Shown here piece by piece: positions 62,001 to 64,000 of a DNA stretch of 64,000 bases. The notes below the pieces were generated by a model. That model was not told where the DNA came from, made no database searches, and saw only the letters and a program-made list of their open reading frames with translations. The first letter of the stretch is position 1, and each line of letters begins with the position of its first letter. Origin of the DNA: Azolla caroliniana (Eukaryota; Plantae; Polypodiophyta); assembly GCA_043228905.1 (NCBI GenBank), contig JBHGNT010000004.1:4402001-4466000 (forward strand), written 5' to 3'. The position numbers and the translations under genes are program-made.

Positions 62001-63104
62001 CTCGGGTACATGTCGGACATTGTGAAGTACAAGTGTAGAGCCACCTGCAAGGTTGAGCTCTACTGTGCCGATTCCGATGATGTCACAGTGTTGCGAGTTG
62101 CCGACCCGAACTGAGTCGGAGTGACGGATCGTATATTGCCGAAATTGAGATCGATGAGGAGTCACGTGAAATGACGCGCCCGAATCTAAGAGCCATGTGC
62201 TCGATTCTTCAGTCGTGAGCAGAACTTCTGATCCGACTGGATTTTCGATTGATAGTATATTCGGGTCGTCCGGTAGTACATCAGCTGAGAAGCTGACGTA
62301 ATTGATCTCCTCATGCCGGCCACTCTTCTTGTTGTTCTTGTTCTTGAGTGAGCGGCAGTCGGCTTTGATGTGTCCGGGTTTCTTGCAATAGTTGCAGATT
62401 CGGTTATCCCGTGACTGGCTCCGTCTTCGCTGATTGTTCGGCGGCCGTGAGGAATCTCTTCCTCGTATGTTCGATCGGTCTGTCGAACCTTGTACTACGT
62501 AAGCGTCGTCTGTTGAGTCTTTGGCGAAAGACTTTCTCCGAGCTGCTTCGGTCAGGATTGCGCTCGTGACTTCGGAGTATTTAACAGCCGTGGTTGACGC
62601 GTTGCACACGGTTGTGACGAAAGTTTCCCATGATGAGGGAAGGCTGCTCATGAGTATCATTGCTCTGAGTTCATCCTCGATTGCCGTCCCCTGTGACGAG
62701 ATTTGGGAGCTTATGCTTTCGTACTCATTGAGGTGTGCTTGAACCGAATCGGATTCTTTCATCCGCAAGTTGTAGAGGCGCCGGATCAGAAACATCTTCG
62801 TTGCGGCGACCTTCTTTTCGTAAGTGTCCGACAGTGTTTTCCACAGTTCGAATGCTGTCGTACACGATTGCACCGTAAAGTATACCGATTCCGATAGGTG
62901 CATCCGAATCGTGGCGCGGACGATTCTGTCCAGCTTCTGCCACTCAATTGGTTTGTATCCTTCTGGAGGTTCTTCATTTTCGATGGGATCGATTTGCCCC
63001 TTGACTATGAGATAGTCCTGCATTTGCTCCTTCCAGAAGTTGAAGTTCGATCCATCGAACTTTCGTAGACTCATCTCTGACGAGCCGGATGTTGATGCCA
63101 TCAA
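59088..63104 (-). CDS. Copia gag-pol polyprotein (1338 aa)
   Basis: CNYCKKPGHIKADC knuckle, WLLDSGAS protease, HSDVCG/DNGGEF/AERMNRT integrase, LYGLKQAPRQW/YVDD RT, YTDSD/EAEY/ADGMTK RNase H; uninterrupted. Confidence 0.97.
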   Translation of the reverse strand: MMASTSGSSEMSLRKFDGSNFNFWKEQMQDYLIVKGQIDPIENEEPPEGYKPIEWQKLDRIVRATIRMHLSESVYFTVQSCTTAFELWKTLSDTYEKKVAATKMFLIRRLYNLRMKESDSVQAHLNEYESISSQISSQGTAIEDELRAMILMSSLPSSWETFVTTVCNASTTAVKYSEVTSAILTEAARRKSFAKDSTDDAYVVQGSTDRSNIRGRDSSRPPNNQRRRSQSRDNRICNYCKKPGHIKADCRSLKNKNNKKSGRHEEINYVSFSADVLPDDPNILSIENPVGSEVLLTTEESSTWLLDSGASFHVTPHRSQFRQYTIRHSDSVRVGNSQHCDIIGIGTVELNLAGGSTLVLHNVRHVPELTRPLISVGQLDEDGIRAGFSSGGWTLHRGNLLLARGPKIHSLYPLHVTLREGNLFLVDIPVSSLWHRRLGHLSKAGITHLSRAGYIPKLSFSDHQFCEHCQYGKQAAASHPTSAPRETRPLDLVHSDVCGPMPHQSLGGASYFVTFIDDSTRKVWAYPIRTKDRVFSIFTDWLAMVENQTDRKLKCFRTDNGGEFKSEEFVKFCRQRGIRREFTAPHSPEQNGIAERMNRTIQERTVSMLQHSGLSDGFWAEALLTAVHIINMSPSRPLGLQIPQELWIGSKPNYDKLRIFGCEAYALIPKDDRRKLAPRSRKCIFLGYGSDGEMGYRLWDPERRQIVRSSDVVFNESAMNPSVEKPIEVRRVTFSDVPTLQEGPALNTRSASRVAESYTTDSDNPDSAQQNNPLSDHPTSIPDATSPIIPRRSERLSQPPERYSPGIFFTDAGEPTSYEEASTSVDSATWHLAMESEMHSIRANKTWDLVELPRNRRALPCKWVYRLKETSDSTTPKYKARLVAKGFRQEYGVDFDEIFSPVVKMTTLRFLLGVVAADNLELIQLDVKTAFLHGDLDEEIYMEQPKGFVATGQEHLVCRLRKSLYGLKQAPRQWYKKFDDFIQSIGFSKSDEDHCLFTNTAQDGSPIFLIIYVDDMLISGRHAGELADLIRQLRLKFAMKDLGPARHILGMKISRHRDKRHLFLSQTDYIRRVLERFNMQSAKSASTPLPMNLRLSQRDCPTSGPEGEDMKSVPYAPAVGSLMYLMVATRPDISHAVGVVSRFMHNPGRSHWNAVKHVFRYLAGTKDHGILFGPNRTSGVVGYTDSDFAGCIDSRKSTTGYCFKFGNGAISWKSKLQECTATSTTEAEYVAASDAAKEALWLGRLAHTFRQVDHDSAPVVYSDSQGAVALSKNPVHHNASKHIDVRYHFVRDCIISGKIGLEKISTTDNVADGMTKCLSADRFRSLRHQMGVTTNQSG

Positions 63105-63767
63105 ATTCGGTTTTGGTTGACGAAGCTCGGTTCGGAGTTGACTACGAACCTTGTTGGAGTGCAGCCGGTTGGCTCACCCGATATCGTTCTAGTCGGATTT
63201 GAACCCGAGTCGGTTCGGCTTCGGAACTTGCTCGAATTGACTCCGGTAGCTTGAGGGACAGAACCGACTGGTCTTCCCGAATGTTGCCGAGTCGAAGTGA
63301 GCCCGGTTCGCTTCGGATATATATACCGAATACCGATTATTGAAACCGATTATCTGGACCGATTCGGCTTCGGGTGACTGCAGCGACGAGAGAGATGGAT
63401 CCAACTGATCCTCTCGAATGTCTATCAGCCGGATGAAGCACGAATTTGGGGTTGTTGTCTTGAGATCGATCTGCACCGAGTGGTTACAACGAGCGGCGTT
63501 TGATTACCTCTTCGGATGCCGTTTAACCGGGTGGAGCACGATCGTGTCAATGTTGCACAAGGGGATTTCACCTCGAGCGGTTACGATCACAAGGAACGGA
63601 GTACAACCTGCTGGCTTACTCCAAGCAAAGATGATCTAACGCGATGAGATGCAAACCTGGTTTTTCTTCTTCTTCTCTCTTCTTCGAATGACGCAGGAAA
63701 CCGAATGCTGAGACGACGGCCGACAGCGGATTGAAGGACCGACTACTGTGCAGGCTCTGATACCAGA

Positions 63768-63852
63768 TGTTGTAGACAAGGTCGTCTTTGCGGAAGATCA
63801 AGAAGCATTCGATTCCTGTTGAATACCTGCGTATGACAGAATCTAGGTCGTT

Positions 63853-63886
<34 letters not shown>

Positions 63887-64000
63887 ACAAAAGACTCTTT
63901 ATTTCATAAAGCAAATAATACAACAACCAACAACAACTTATGAAAAGGTTACAAGGTCACTATATATAGTGACCGACTTAGGGCAACTACCCTTTATGCT
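63768..64000 (-). repeat. 5' LTR of copia 3 (partial)
   Basis: Adjacent to the PBS; near-identical to 58600-58832. Confidence 0.95.

Larger units (their letters stand above)
58600..64000 (-). mobile_element. Ty1/copia element 3, intact and young (5' LTR runs off the window)
   Basis: 3' LTR 58600-58894, PPT 58895-58906, single ORF, PBS tggtatcagagcc 63753-63765, 5' LTR from 63768. Confidence 0.96.

Overview
Repeat-rich eukaryotic window with no ordinary host protein gene. It is probably from a seed-free land plant such as a fern (inferred from the plant-type tRNA, tRNA-iMet PBSs, TE mix and GA microsatellites). (1) 1-30.2 kb is a tandem array of minus-strand tRNA-Ser(AGA) genes: about 30 full-length copies, 8 structurally perfect, decaying left to right. 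Six LINE copies or fragments sit in it, mostly at the (GA)n tracts of the monomers. One is an intact RTE-X-like LINE whose ORF2 is separated from ORF1 by a single in-frame UAG and has no ATG start. (2) 30.2-64 kb is a nest of TEs. An L1 fragment is interrupted by a Ty1/copia element, whose RT is split by a 20.3-kb TIR DNA transposon (33053-53341; 29-bp TIRs, apparent 3-bp GCT TSD). That transposon carries a decayed Sola1/DUF7869-like transposase and, divergently, a decayed intron-containing beta-class DNA amino-methyltransferase gene (N6-adenine/N4-cytosine type) that the ORF track does not show as a recognisable gene. A ~12-kb Sola2-like element and a solo LTR are nested inside it. (3) The window ends with a second, head-to-head copia copy interrupted by a young intact copia (1338 aa; LTRs differ at 1 of 233 comparable bases). 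The best candidate for an undescribed system is the methyltransferase-carrying DNA transposon. All family assignments come from motifs read by eye, not database searches.
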